From an uncultured Collinsella sp. (GTDB taxonomy: Bacteria > Actinomycetota > Coriobacteriia > Coriobacteriales > Coriobacteriaceae), in assembly GCA_902494945.1 (NCBI GenBank), contig CABUVF010000001.1, positions 1 to 55,484 of the forward strand: a DNA stretch of 55,484 nucleotides. Direction: 5' to 3'. This document shows, piece after piece, positions 19,226 through 28,908 of the stretch; the stretch's first letter is position 1; every line of letters starts with the position of its first letter. The translations under genes and the position numbers were made by a program. The notes under the pieces were generated by a model, which made no database searches, was not told the origin of the DNA, and saw only the letters and a program-made list of their open reading frames with translations.

Positions 19226-21703
19226 CTATTCCTCCGCCTCTCGCGCCGCCCGGCGCATCTCGCGCTCGGCGACCTCTGCGGGCTTGGTGTTCCACAGGTC
19301 GTAGAGCGGGCCTTTCGGGAAGTCGTCGGTGATGGGCACGCGGATCCCGGCGCTGATGAGCAGCCCCTCGCCGGGCTTGACGGCGTCTCCGATGTAGCCG
19401 CGCTCCGTGGCGGAGAGCTGGAGCATCTCCGCCCACGCGTCGAGGTCGGCGGTGGACTGCTTGTGCAGCAGGAAGAACTCGGAGTTGAGCACCATGTCGC
19501 GGGCCTCGGCGTTGGCCAGCATGTGGCTCGTGTTCTGGCTGATGCCGGTGCAGATGAGGCCGAACTTGCGCCCCTCGCGCCAAAGGCGGGCGAAGTACTC
19601 GACCACCGTCGGGTGCGCGAAGAGGCTCTGCACCTCGTCGATGTAGAGCCACGTGTAGTTGGGGCGCGGCGGCGTGACCATCACGCGGTTGCGCACCATC
19701 TCGAGCGCCGTGATCATGCCGAACACGCGCATGTTCTGGCCGAGGCCGTGCATGTCGATGTTGGTGATGCGGTTGTCGAGCGCCACGTTGCTCTGGCCGT
19801 TGAAGAAGGAGAACGCGCCCTTCACGTAGCGCTCGTAGCGCAGCGCGATGTCGGCGGCCTCGGGCTCGGGCTGAGCGAGCAGCGCCGCGTGGAAGTCGCC
19901 GAGCGTGGGCAGGCGGCCGTCCTTCGCGCACTCCCGGTACGCCTCGCCGACGCAGCGCGCGATGATCGAGCGGTCGCGCTCCGGCAGGCCCTCGCGGCCC
20001 TCGGCCATGAGCGCGCTCGAGAGCGCGAGCACCGCGTCGGTCTTGTACGCGAGCTTGGCGGCGTCGGCGCGGTCCGCGACGTCGGCGGTGTCGAAGGGGT
20101 TGAGCACCGCCGAGCATCCCGGGGCGAGCTCGACGTTCGCGCCGCCGAGCGCGCCGACGAGGTTGCCGTACTCGCCGGCCGGGTCGAAGATCACGACCTC
20201 GTCCTCGGGGTGCGCGAGCACGGTGTTGGTTATCTCGCGCTTGACCGAGAAGCTCTTGCCCGAGCCGGGCTTGCCGCACACGAAGCCCATGGGGCTCGCC
20301 AGGCGCTTGCGGTCGCACAGCACCAGGTTCCCGCTCTCCTTGGACTGCCCGTAGTAGCCTCCGCCCGCCTCGTCGAGGCTCTGGCTCGCGAAGGGCATCT
20401 GCATCGCCACCTGCCCCGTGGTGAGGTAGCGGCTCACGGTGACGTGGTTGTTCCCGAGCGGGAGCACCGAGTTGAGCGCCTGGCGCTGGCGGAAGTGGAG
20501 CGGCTCGAGGCCGATCGTGCAGCCCTGCGCGACGCTCGTCACCTGCTGGACGCGGCGGTCGAGCTCCTCGAGGCTGTCGGCCCAGGTGTAGACGAGGCCC
20601 GTGTAGACGAACAGGCGCTCGGACTTGTTGCGCAGGAAGTCGAGCAGCTCCTCGGCCTCCTCCTTCGAGAAGCGCAGCTCGGGCGGCAGGATCTGGTAGT
20701 CGTAGCCCTTCTTCACGGCGCTCATCTGCTCGTCGATGATCTCCTTGTCCATCCAGTCGATCTGGCGCTTCACGAGCGCGAGCGCCTCGCTCTGCGCGAT
20801 GGGCTGCACGTGCAACGTCACGTTGAGCGGCAGCGGCAGGTCGATGATGGAGGCGAGGTAGGTCTCCTCGATGACCGACCCGAAGCTGCGCACGGCGAGC
20901 ACCGCGCCGTAGCGCCCGTCGCTGCGGAAGCAGTCGGACCTGCCCTCGGGCTTGAAGTCGAGCGTGGAGGGCATGACGAAGTCCTTCGTGCGCGCGCCAG
21001 ACGTCGGGGACAATTTGTCCCAGGAGAACTCGAAGCGCGACCCCGGGCGCAGCTGCCCCTGCAGGAGCTCGAGCCTCTCGGCGCCGTCGAGGGCGCGCGA
21101 CGAGCAGCGTATGCGCGCGAGGGTCTGCTCCACGTCGCCCCGGATGCGCGCGAGCTTGGGCACCGCGGCGTCGACGTCGTCGGCGCCCACGGCGTAGGTC
21201 AGGTAGCGGTGGCGCACGAGGTTCGAGACGCCCTCGCGCATCTTGTCGTTGAGGATCCGGTTGTACTCTTCGGCGAGCCCGGCGGTGGCGCGTTCCCCGG
21301 GCTCGAAGAAGACCTTGCGGCCGACCTCGTCGGCTGGGATGGGCGCGTTCACGACCTGGAGCTGCACGTGGGAGTCCGCCGGGAAGTAGTTGAACAGCGA
21401 GCTCATCACGGTGAAGGCCGTCTCGCGCGCCTCCTTGCGCGCGGACTGGTAGCTGATGTCGGAGAACTCGACCGTCTGGCTGAACACCCCGGGCATCACC
21501 TGGGCGATGCCGTCCTTGTACATGGCGTCGTAGCCGACGTAGGCGGCCATCTCGCGCGAGCGGTCGCGCTCCCGGCGGCGCCTCTGCCGCTCGGCCTCCG
21601 CGCCCTTCGAGGCGTCCTTGCGCCCGCCCGTGCCGCCGAGGAGCAGCTCGAGGGTGCTCGGGCGCTTCGGCCTATTCTTCTTGTTGCTTCTTGCTCGGCT
21701 CAT
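19226..21703 (-). CDS. virB4: VirB4-like conjugal transfer ATPase
   Basis: GKPGSGKS, DPAGEY, LYIDE, GRKFG..ISQN. Confidence 0.93.
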   Translation of the reverse strand: MSRARSNKKNRPKRPSTLELLLGGTGGRKDASKGAEAERQRRRRERDRSREMAAYVGYDAMYKDGIAQVMPGVFSQTVEFSDISYQSARKEARETAFTVMSSLFNYFPADSHVQLQVVNAPIPADEVGRKVFFEPGERATAGLAEEYNRILNDKMREGVSNLVRHRYLTYAVGADDVDAAVPKLARIRGDVEQTLARIRCSSRALDGAERLELLQGQLRPGSRFEFSWDKLSPTSGARTKDFVMPSTLDFKPEGRSDCFRSDGRYGAVLAVRSFGSVIEETYLASIIDLPLPLNVTLHVQPIAQSEALALVKRQIDWMDKEIIDEQMSAVKKGYDYQILPPELRFSKEEAEELLDFLRNKSERLFVYTGLVYTWADSLEELDRRVQQVTSVAQGCTIGLEPLHFRQRQALNSVLPLGNNHVTVSRYLTTGQVAMQMPFASQSLDEAGGGYYGQSKESGNLVLCDRKRLASPMGFVCGKPGSGKSFSVKREITNTVLAHPEDEVVIFDPAGEYGNLVGALGGANVELAPGCSAVLNPFDTADVADRADAAKLAYKTDAVLALSSALMAEGREGLPERDRSIIARCVGEAYRECAKDGRLPTLGDFHAALLAQPEPEAADIALRYERYVKGAFSFFNGQSNVALDNRITNIDMHGLGQNMRVFGMITALEMVRNRVMVTPPRPNYTWLYIDEVQSLFAHPTVVEYFARLWREGRKFGLICTGISQNTSHMLANAEARDMVLNSEFFLLHKQSTADLDAWAEMLQLSATERGYIGDAVKPGEGLLISAGIRVPITDDFPKGPLYDLWNTKPAEVAEREMRRAAREAEE
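21007..21021. repeat. Palindrome GGGACAATTTGTCCC copy 3
   Basis: Exact match inside virB4; flanks in opposite orientation. Confidence 0.7.
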
Positions 21704-22097
21704 AGAGCTCGGCTCCTTTCTTCCTGGTCCTGCGCCTCGCGCGACGTCCCGGGCGGCCCGGGCGCGGCGAGCCCTCGGGGAGGCTCCCGGCGAGGCAGGG
21801 CTCGTACGCGAGCAGCTGCGGGGAAAGCTCGTGTGCCGCCAGGAGAGGCAGCAGCTCCTCGGCGCGCATGCCGAAGGGCCGCCAGAACCCGGCGAGCCAG
21901 AACGGCATGCTGCAGAGCATGATCGGGAAGGCCGCGTCCGCGACGTCGGCGTGCAGGCCCAGGTGGACGAAGGCCGCCGCCCCGACCGCGCTGCCGAAGC
22001 CGAGCGACACGCATGCGAGCGTGCGCAGGCTCATCTTCCCGACGATCTTCTCCTCGTACTCGCCGATGTCCTTCTGGACCGGTATCCGGAGCGCCAT
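21672..22097 (-). CDS. prgI: PrgI family protein
   Basis: VQKDIGEYEEKIVGKMSLR, two TMs, upstream of virB4. Confidence 0.85.
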   Translation of the reverse strand: MALRIPVQKDIGEYEEKIVGKMSLRTLACVSLGFGSAVGAAAFVHLGLHADVADAAFPIMLCSMPFWLAGFWRPFGMRAEELLPLLAAHELSPQLLAYEPCLAGSLPEGSPRPGRPGRRARRRTRKKGAELYEPSKKQQEE

Positions 22098-22109
22098 CCG
22101 CGACGCCCC

Positions 22110-22325
22110 CTATGCCGGCAGCCAGGACGTGTCCAGCTGCCCGAAGTAGACCGACGCGGCGATGATGATCGCGCCGCCGGCGATGGTGGATATGGCGGTC
22201 GCGATCTGCGGGCCGCCCTGCTGCTCCCTGATGGCCAGGCCGAGCGAGACCGCTCCCCACACGACCAGGAAGCCGCCGAGGAAGGTCACGCAGCCCGACA
22301 CGAGCTTGATGACGTTTGCGAGCAT
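22110..22325 (-). CDS. Maff2-like small two-TM (pilin-like) protein
   Basis: 71 aa, VWGAVSLG..GG, located between virD4 and prgI. Confidence 0.7.
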   Translation of the reverse strand: MLANVIKLVSGCVTFLGGFLVVWGAVSLGLAIREQQGGPQIATAISTIAGGAIIIAASVYFGQLDTSWLPA

Positions 22326-22409
22326 GCTGCTCTCCTTTGCTTTCGGTTGACGATGTTCCTTGCTGTTCCTCCCCCGCGGCGGGGGAGGCCCGCGCCCTCC
22401 GCGGCCCCG

Positions 22410-24215
22410 TCACGAGGCGCCATCCTTCCGCCTGCGGTACTCCGCGAAGTCGAACGGGCCGCGGCGCGCGGCCTCCTCGAGCAGGCGCGAGCGCGGGTGG
22501 CGCTCGAGCCGGTACTTCCGGTCCATGAGCGGCATGCACCCGTTCACGAGCACGAGCGCGTCCTCGCGCGGCATGCGCGCCACCTCGGCGGGCTGTATGA
22601 GGTCGCGCTCGGAGATGCCGCGGTTCACGGTCCGGGTCCAGCCGGCGCCCCGCGAGTCGCTCTGCGTCTCGCTCGCCACCGTCTGCTTGCCGGCCATCTT
22701 GCTGATCTCCTCGTTGGTCTCGTTCGCCTTGCCGCCCAGGTAGAGCAGCGTGTCGCAGGCGTTCACGATGGTCTCGGCGTTGTTGTCGCCGTAGGTCTCC
22801 TTCAGCTGCGAGAGCGACTGGGCGATCATCGAGACGGCGATGTTCCTGCTGCGGGTGACGGCGATGGTCCGCTCGAAGTCGGGTATGCGCCCGATGTTGG
22901 CGAACTCGTCGAAGACGAAGTGCACCGTCGTGGGCAGCGAGCCGCCGTGCGCCTCTAGCGCCTCGGCGCAGAGCGCGCTCACGGCCGTATCCATGAGCAG
23001 GGCGAACAGGAAGTCGAAGGTCGAGTCGGTGTCGCTCATCGACGCGAAGAGCACGACCTTGGCGCCCTCGTCGCCCATGTGGGCGAGGTCGAGCTCGTCT
23101 TTGGAGGTGAGGTCGCGCACGGCGCGGATGGAAAGCGGCTTCAGGCGGACGTTGCAACTCGAGAGCATCGACTTCATGGTGTCGCCGGCGGCGACGCGGA
23201 ACTCGCGGTAGCTCGCGAGCGCGAAGTCGTCGGGCGGCGCCGGCTCGCGGACCTTGACCCACTCCCACGCGCCGTCCTCCTCGGCGAAGCCGCGCAGCGA
23301 ACCGCCCTCCGCCGAGGCGCCGCCGCGCCTGACGTAGCGCTCGCCGGTCTCCAGCTCGCGGAACACCATGTCGAGCGGGCTCATGTAGCCCGGGTCGTCG
23401 CGTGCGTCGGCGAGCGAGAGCAGCGTGAGCAGCCCGTCGAGGTTTCGGTCGGCGGGCTCGCAGTGCATGACGAGGTAGGCCGTGAGCGCGGTGTAGACCA
23501 GGCGCTCGGCCTTCTCCCAGTAGGGGTCGCCCTTGTGGTCGGCCTCGCCCTCGGTGTTGGCGACGATGCCGCGGGCGAAGCGGATGACGCCCGCCTCGTC
23601 GCGTATGTAGGCTATGGGGTTGAAGCGCATGGAGCGCGAGAAGTCGATGGTGTCGAATGCGCGGATCTCGTAGCCGAGCTCCGCCAGCGCGCCGCCCATC
23701 TCGCGGATGAGCGTGCCCTTCGGGTCGGTCACGAAGAAGCTGGCGTTGGCCTGCAGGAGGTTCGGCTTGACGTAGTAGCGTGTCTTGCCGGTGCCGGGTC
23801 CTCCCACCACGAGCACGTTGTCGTTGGTGTCGGTGGAGAGGTCGAACCTGCGGCTCACGAGGCGGATGCGCGCGCTGTCGGTGAGGATGATGTTGTTGTC
23901 GGGGTCCTTGGCGTCGCCGAAGGGCGCGATGTCCTTAGGCGTGGCCCACCTGGAGCTCCCGTGCTCCTCGCCGTCGCGTCGGGCCCCTTTGGACCCCAGG
24001 GAGCGCGCCCAGGCGAGGAGCGCCGCGCACGCGCAGGCGGTCCCCGCGCACAGGGGAAGCGCCTCCGTTGAGAATGCGCGTCCCGCGCGGAGCGCCGCCA
24101 TGGCGGCCTCCGGGTCGAGGATCGGGTTCGCGCCCGACGCCGCGATTGCCGCGGCCGCGAAGTCTCCCGCGGCGAACGCCGCCGCGGCCAGCGCGGCCGC
24201 CGCCTGCCATCTCAT
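22410..24215 (-). CDS. virD4: VirD4/TraG coupling protein
   Basis: HGSSRWA, GGPGTGKT, TDPKG, FDEFANIG, QSLSQL. Confidence 0.93.
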   Translation of the reverse strand: MRWQAAAALAAAAFAAGDFAAAAIAASGANPILDPEAAMAALRAGRAFSTEALPLCAGTACACAALLAWARSLGSKGARRDGEEHGSSRWATPKDIAPFGDAKDPDNNIILTDSARIRLVSRRFDLSTDTNDNVLVVGGPGTGKTRYYVKPNLLQANASFFVTDPKGTLIREMGGALAELGYEIRAFDTIDFSRSMRFNPIAYIRDEAGVIRFARGIVANTEGEADHKGDPYWEKAERLVYTALTAYLVMHCEPADRNLDGLLTLLSLADARDDPGYMSPLDMVFRELETGERYVRRGGASAEGGSLRGFAEEDGAWEWVKVREPAPPDDFALASYREFRVAAGDTMKSMLSSCNVRLKPLSIRAVRDLTSKDELDLAHMGDEGAKVVLFASMSDTDSTFDFLFALLMDTAVSALCAEALEAHGGSLPTTVHFVFDEFANIGRIPDFERTIAVTRSRNIAVSMIAQSLSQLKETYGDNNAETIVNACDTLLYLGGKANETNEEISKMAGKQTVASETQSDSRGAGWTRTVNRGISERDLIQPAEVARMPREDALVLVNGCMPLMDRKYRLERHPRSRLLEEAARRGPFDFAEYRRRKDGAS

Positions 24216-24763
24216 CTCTCGAGCCCCTCGATCTGGCGCGGGCCGCGGTCCCGGCCGAGGCCCTGGCTGTGGGCTTTCGAAGCCTCGCGCGCACGCTCGG
24301 CGCGCTCGGCCAGCCGCTCGGGCGCCTGGCGCCTCTCGGCTATCTCGGAGAGCCGCTCCCTTGCGCGCTCGGCGGCCTTTCCCGTCTCTTGCTCGAGCTG
24401 ACGGAAGGCCTCGTCGACCTCGGGCGCGTCCTCCACCTTGAAGAGCAGCCAGTCGCGGCCCTCGCCGGGGATGATGTGGTGCTCGACCGACGCGGCGCGC
24501 AGCTTGTCGGAGACGACCTCCTTGATCGTCGCGTACTCGGGAAGCCCCGAGAGCTCCTCGAGGCTGAGCTTCGCGGGGGTCGGCACGCCGTCGGCCGCGA
24601 TGGCCTCGGCGCGCCCGCCGGCGATGGTCCCGCGGATTCCCGCAAGGCGCTCGGAGAGCTCCCTCGCGCTGCGCGCCATTGCCTCGGCGCCGGCCTCCTG
24701 GCCGATCCTCAGCATCCAGTCGAGCAGCTTGCCGCCCGCCTCGTCCCCGTAGTCGCTCGCCAT
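24212..24763 (-). CDS. PcfB/DUF3801-like protein
   Basis: Position upstream of virD4, LLFKVED motif, charged tail. Confidence 0.55.
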   Translation of the reverse strand: MASDYGDEAGGKLLDWMLRIGQEAGAEAMARSARELSERLAGIRGTIAGGRAEAIAADGVPTPAKLSLEELSGLPEYATIKEVVSDKLRAASVEHHIIPGEGRDWLLFKVEDAPEVDEAFRQLEQETGKAAERARERLSEIAERRQAPERLAERAERAREASKAHSQGLGRDRGPRQIEGLER

Positions 24764-24820
24764 CCCGCGCCTCCCTTCCAGTCGAGATGAAAAAGGGGCG
24801 CCTTCGCGCCCCGGTCGTCC

Positions 24821-25354
24821 CTATTCGGCCCCGACGGCCCTCTCGCGCGCCATTGGGGCGCGGGCTTCCTGCCCGGCGTGCGCGCGGCTCGCCTCGCGGG
24901 CGGACGCGGCGCGCTGCGCCAGCGGCTCGGGCGCCTTCTCGTGCAGATGGGCCCACTCGCCGCTGCGGCACTGCTCCGGCGTCGCCTCGCACATGTCGCG
25001 CATGGCGCGCTCGAACCGCTCGGGCTCCTGGGCGATGGCGCCGAAGCTCCAGCTCTCGAAGCCGGTCCACGCGTCGCCGTCGCGCTTGAGCGTCCACCAC
25101 TCGTCGCCGCCGTTCACCTGCTGGATGAACGCGAGGTCGCGGTAGCAGAACCCCTGGCGTATGGCCCAGTTGCCCGAGCCGAGCGCCTCGCGGAGCCTGT
25201 CGACGCTATCCGTGCGGGAGAACTCGTAGGGGTACTCCTCGAGGAACGGGTCGTCCTGCCAGTCGAAGCCGCCGACCTTGAGCCAGCCGTTCTCCTGGCA
25301 CTTTTCCACGAGCCCGTCGTGCTCGCGGCCGGTTATCCTCTCGAAGCCGTCCAT
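24821..25354 (-). CDS. Hypothetical ICE protein
   Basis: GGAGG RBS, FIQQVNGGDEWWTLK. Confidence 0.7.
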   Translation of the reverse strand: MDGFERITGREHDGLVEKCQENGWLKVGGFDWQDDPFLEEYPYEFSRTDSVDRLREALGSGNWAIRQGFCYRDLAFIQQVNGGDEWWTLKRDGDAWTGFESWSFGAIAQEPERFERAMRDMCEATPEQCRSGEWAHLHEKAPEPLAQRAASAREASRAHAGQEARAPMARERAVGAE

Positions 25355-25555
25355 GGGCCCTCCGCCTTTCGTTTGTTGCTTGGCGGGCGGCGTCCTCGCG
25401 ATGGGGGCACGGTGCGAGTCGGAGCAGGCGTGCGTGCTGGCGCGTCGGCGCCGCCCAAGACGTGTATAGCGATTTCGATTGCGGCGGGCATCGGGGCCGC
25501 CCGCGATGGGTCGAGCCGGGTCGAGCCGTCCGCGCCTCCACGAGAAGCGCACAAG

Positions 25556-26344
25556 CTAGCCGAGGCGGCGCCTGTCCCTTCCGCCCAGGTAGACGGTCCT
25601 GCAGGTCTGGGAGATCCTGCTCGCTATCGCCTCTGCCGTTACGCGCTCGCCGCGCCTCGCGAGCCTGTCCGCCAGCGCGCCCGGCGCGTAGTTCGACGTG
25701 ACGATGGTCGGGCGCATGTCCTCGTAGCGCGCGTCGAGCACGCTGAACACGGTGCCGACGGACCATTCCGTCGCGTCCTCCTTGCCGAGGTCGTCGAGCA
25801 CGAGGACGTCGCACTTGGCGTACCGCGCGACGGCGGCCTCGGTGCCGCCCTCGTCGAACGTGGCCTTCACACGCTCGAGCATGCCCTTGGCCGTCGTGAA
25901 GGCGACGTCGTAGCCGGCCTCGGCGAACAGCCTGGCCATGGCGGAGGCGGCGTGCGTCTTGCCGGCGCCGACGCCCCCGTGTATGTAGAGCCCGGCGCCC
26001 CCGTTGCCCGCGAACGAGGCAATGTACTCGGCGAACTCGGGGCGGTCGGCCTCGGCGGCCCAGTAGCGCCTGGGGATGCCCGCGCGCGAGAGCGCCTTCT
26101 CCCGGCGGGCGGCCTCCTCCTTGGCGGCGAGGGCCGCGCGCCTTCGCGCCTCGGCCTCCCGCTCGCTGGCTGCGCCCTCGCACGGGCAGGGGGCGGCAGA
26201 GACCCAGGCGACCCTGCCCGCCAGCGCCGCGCCGAGCGGATCGAGGGCGGCGCCGCAGTGCGGGCACACCCTCGGCTCCGGCTCGTCGAAGGAGAGCCCG
26301 GCCACACGGGCCTGCTCCAGGGTGATGAGTCCCGCTCGGTCCAT
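25556..26344 (-). CDS. DnaC/IstB-like helicase-loader ATPase
   Basis: CPHC..CPC Zn site, GGVGAGKT, LDDLGKE, TIVTSN, GRDRR. Confidence 0.88.
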   Translation of the reverse strand: MDRAGLITLEQARVAGLSFDEPEPRVCPHCGAALDPLGAALAGRVAWVSAAPCPCEGAASEREAEARRRAALAAKEEAARREKALSRAGIPRRYWAAEADRPEFAEYIASFAGNGGAGLYIHGGVGAGKTHAASAMARLFAEAGYDVAFTTAKGMLERVKATFDEGGTEAAVARYAKCDVLVLDDLGKEDATEWSVGTVFSVLDARYEDMRPTIVTSNYAPGALADRLARRGERVTAEAIASRISQTCRTVYLGGRDRRRLG

Positions 26345-26358
26345 CGGGCGCCCCTTCC

Positions 26359-26841
26359 TTATCTTCTGAAGTCCTTGTTGTCCCTTTTGCTTATTGGGTG
26401 GCATATCGTCAGGGGTTTCCCTGTCATTTCGTCAGGGGTTCGGGCTGCGAACCCTGTCATTTCGTCACCCTTTCGCGCCGGGAACCCTGACGAATCGTCA
26501 GGGGTTGCCAGCGCTCCGGGCGGCAGCCTCTCGCGCACGATGCGGTACCGCTTGGTGGCGTGCCCGCGCGCCGGGGCGTGCATGCCGCATTCCTCGATGA
26601 GGCCCCGGTCGAGCAGGTCGCGGATGGCGCGGTGGACGCTGCGCTCCTGCACGTTGAGGAATCGGGCCAGGCCGCCCTTGCTCTCGAAGTAGCCGCACCC
26701 GGCGTCGCAGAAGCCGAAGATGCGCGCGTAGACGAGCAGGGGAAGGCCGGAGAGGCCCAGGTCCGCCATCATGAAGTGCCGTACCGTCGTGAACTCGCGC
26801 GGGGAGGGGCCGTCGCGCCCCCTCGGGCCTGCGGCCGCCAT
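26359..26841 (-). CDS. Phage-like winged-helix replication initiator
   Basis: LGLSGLPLLVYARIFGF..LARFLNVQERSVHRAIRDLLDRGLI; upstream of loader. Confidence 0.75.
   Translation of the reverse strand: MAAAGPRGRDGPSPREFTTVRHFMMADLGLSGLPLLVYARIFGFCDAGCGYFESKGGLARFLNVQERSVHRAIRDLLDRGLIEECGMHAPARGHATKRYRIVRERLPPGALATPDDSSGFPARKGDEMTGFAARTPDEMTGKPLTICHPISKRDNKDFRR
26406..26506. repeat. Iteron-like repeats (CCCTGTCATTTCGTCAGGGGTT variants, ~4 copies); candidate oriV
   Basis: Units at about 26406, 26419, 26451, 26484 within the initiator 3' end. Confidence 0.7.
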
Positions 26842-26846
26842 CGGCG

Positions 26847-27095
26847 CTAGCCCCTTCTGGGCGAGCCGACGACGCTGTTGCGCTCGACCCATGCGACGAG
26901 CTCGTCGTGCAGCACGATGCCGTCGCGCGTCTTGCCGCCGATGTAGCGGATCGGGAACGGGTCGACGGGGTCCTTGGCGAGCCGGTACATGGCGTCGCGG
27001 CTGATGCGCAGCATCGCGCACGCCTCGTCGGCGCCGAATATCGCGTTGGTCGATGCGATGAGCCTCACCTGGCTCCTGCTAGTGCTCTTGGTCAT
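26847..27095 (-). CDS. Excisionase-like HTH protein
   Basis: ADEACAMLRISRDAMYRL..ELVAWV. Confidence 0.75.
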   Translation of the reverse strand: MTKSTSRSQVRLIASTNAIFGADEACAMLRISRDAMYRLAKDPVDPFPIRYIGGKTRDGIVLHDELVAWVERNSVVGSPRRG

Positions 27096-27173
27096 GGTCG
27101 TCCTCGAGCTCCTTTCGTCTCGAGGCTCCCTCGCGTGCCCGGCCGCGGGCGGCTCCCGGGGCGGTCGCCGCCG

Positions 27174-27392
27174 TCATTTCCTGCCGCTCCTCGACTCGAT
27201 GTAGGCGTCCACTGACGCCCTCGACACCAGGAGCTTCCTTCCGAGCCTGTACGAGTCGATCTCTCCCGACCAGATGAGGTCGTACGCCTTGTTTCGGCTT
27301 GCCCTCATGTACTCCTGCATCTCGATTACCGTCATCCATTCGTCCCGATCTTGGTTGCCCTCGGGCACGGCGCATTCGGCTGTGCGTGCCAT
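27174..27392 (-). CDS. Excisionase-like HTH protein
   Basis: MTVIEMQEYMRASRNKAYDLI..GEI..RLGRKLLV; GGAGG RBS. Confidence 0.8.
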   Translation of the reverse strand: MARTAECAVPEGNQDRDEWMTVIEMQEYMRASRNKAYDLIWSGEIDSYRLGRKLLVSRASVDAYIESRSGRK

Positions 27393-27592
27393 GGTTCCTC
27401 CAATCTTCCCGTGCGGCACCGCGCGGGCACACCGCACGGCACCGTGTCCCTTTTCGTCTGCGCGACGATTGAACCGCCTGATGGCGATTAGTGAGCACGG
27501 CGCGAGCGGAGACGGGTCGAGGTGGGTCGAGCTGGTCGTGCCTTCACGAAACGGCCATGAGCCGCACGCCTTAGCTGCAAGCTAAGTCCCTG

Positions 27593-27621
27593 AAAAGTAA
27601 AAGGCGCCCATGCGGGCGCCT
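27593..27621 (-). terminator. Intrinsic terminator in the leader of the xis/rep/tra operon
   Basis: AGGCGCCC-GCAT-GGGCGCCT then TTTACTTTT on minus strand. Confidence 0.55.
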
Positions 27622-28013
27622 GCCTAGGAGCGATGTTCGTTCGGTTGTGGTTGGAATGCTTCTCTTCCGCGGTGCTGTCGTCCGGGGTCCGGCATCTGTC
27701 GTTCGCCTCTTCTGTCGTGTTTGATGTTGCGTGTTCTGCGAGCGACCTTGCGCGGGCCTGCCGACCCGTTGCCCCAGGTGCACCCTGATAAATGGTACCC
27801 ATCCGTTGGGACACGGACATTGCGGGAGGGCTTTCTGGGCAAGCTGGGATGGACGAGCGGCGGGGTTCTAAATGTAATAATTCGAGCTAGAGGGCCTTGT
27901 GCTCTATTTTGCAAAACGCGAGGGACGCAATCAACTCGACGATTTCCCCGAACCCTTTCTGAACCAATGGGGAGCGAATGCGGAAGCCATTGAGGCATGC
28001 AAGAAATAGGGGC

Positions 28014-28072
28014 AAAAAATAGGGCAGAATCGCTTTCACGATCCCGCCCCGCAAACCCGAGGGTTTCTAACT
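28014..28072 (-). ncRNA. Putative ~58-nt two-hairpin RNA, copy B (downstream of DUF3800)
   Basis: Same sequence as 29622-29681; promoter TTGATA-N16-CATAAT (-35 at 28102-28107). Confidence 0.75.
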
Positions 28073-28166
28073 GGAACCTATTATGCAGCTAAGTGGCGTC
28101 TTATCAACACCCCCGCGTAACAGACTCCATTGTCGGTAAACGCTCCGCCAAGGGCTGATCGCCTCT

Positions 28167-28838
28167 CTAGACGAGCTTCTTGCGCGTCTCTTTCAGTATG
28201 CCCTTCTTGAAATCGGACCACTTGCCGAAGAACTTCTCGTCCGTCGCGGTGGCGGTGTGCTCCGCGTATTTAATTGCCGTGAGTTCCATGGTGCAGATGT
28301 AGTCCGCCGCCTGCGAAAGCCGGTACTCGGAGGGCTGCGCCGATCGGTAGACGACGGCGTCCTTCGACAGCGCGTACTCGATTGCGCGGTGCAGCGACTC
28401 GGCGATGGAGCGCCGGCCGTTGTCATAGTAGACCTTGACCATATCGTAGGATTGCAGCTCCGCGAGGTTGTCGAACAGGAAGTTCACGATATCCCTTCGC
28501 ATCGCCCCCGCGAGCTTGTCGAGCGAGGCGAACTGCTTGGTCGCGTATGCGAAGGTGTGGTACTTTACGGGCATGTGGCGGAAGAAGACGCGGAACGAGC
28601 CGAGCATCATCTTGCGCGTCCTCAGGTCGAGCCCCGAGTACTAGTCCTTGCCGTTCATGAGCGGCGACGCATGGAAGGGTATGTCCGGGAGCCCCTTGGC
28701 GCGAAGGGCGCCCTCATATGCCGCGATCGAATCCGCGATGCTCTCGGATTGGTCGTGCATGACGACGGTGAGCAGGTAGTGGCGGTCGGAAAGGCCGTCG
28801 CTTCCCGACTCGTCGACGAAGATGCTGAGTTCCCGCAT
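28167..28838 (-). pseudogene. DUF3800-family (RNase H-like) gene with one in-frame TAG at 28641-28643
   Basis: IFVDESG N-terminus, YYDNG, SQAADY C-terminus; two track ORFs share one frame. Confidence 0.8.
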
Positions 28839-28854
28839 TGCTCTCATGGATAAG

Positions 28855-28908
28855 AAAAAAGCCGGGAAAAACGTCCCCGGCACTTGGAAGCCTTCCTAAC
28901 GGAAAACC
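28855..28908 (-). ncRNA. Putative ~55-nt RNA C upstream of DUF3800
   Basis: TTGAAT-N17-(TGn)TACAAG promoter (28915-28943), GTTAG, small GGAA/TTCC hairpin, GCCGGG..CCCGGC-U6 terminator. Confidence 0.6.

Noticed and set aside
24878..26692. 604-aa plus-strand ORF and similar shadows (19463-21922, 35420-38278, 6615-8159)
   Set aside because: Antisense to well-supported genes
28641..28643. Pyrrolysine recoding of the TAG
   Set aside because: No pyl genes in window; point mutation is simpler
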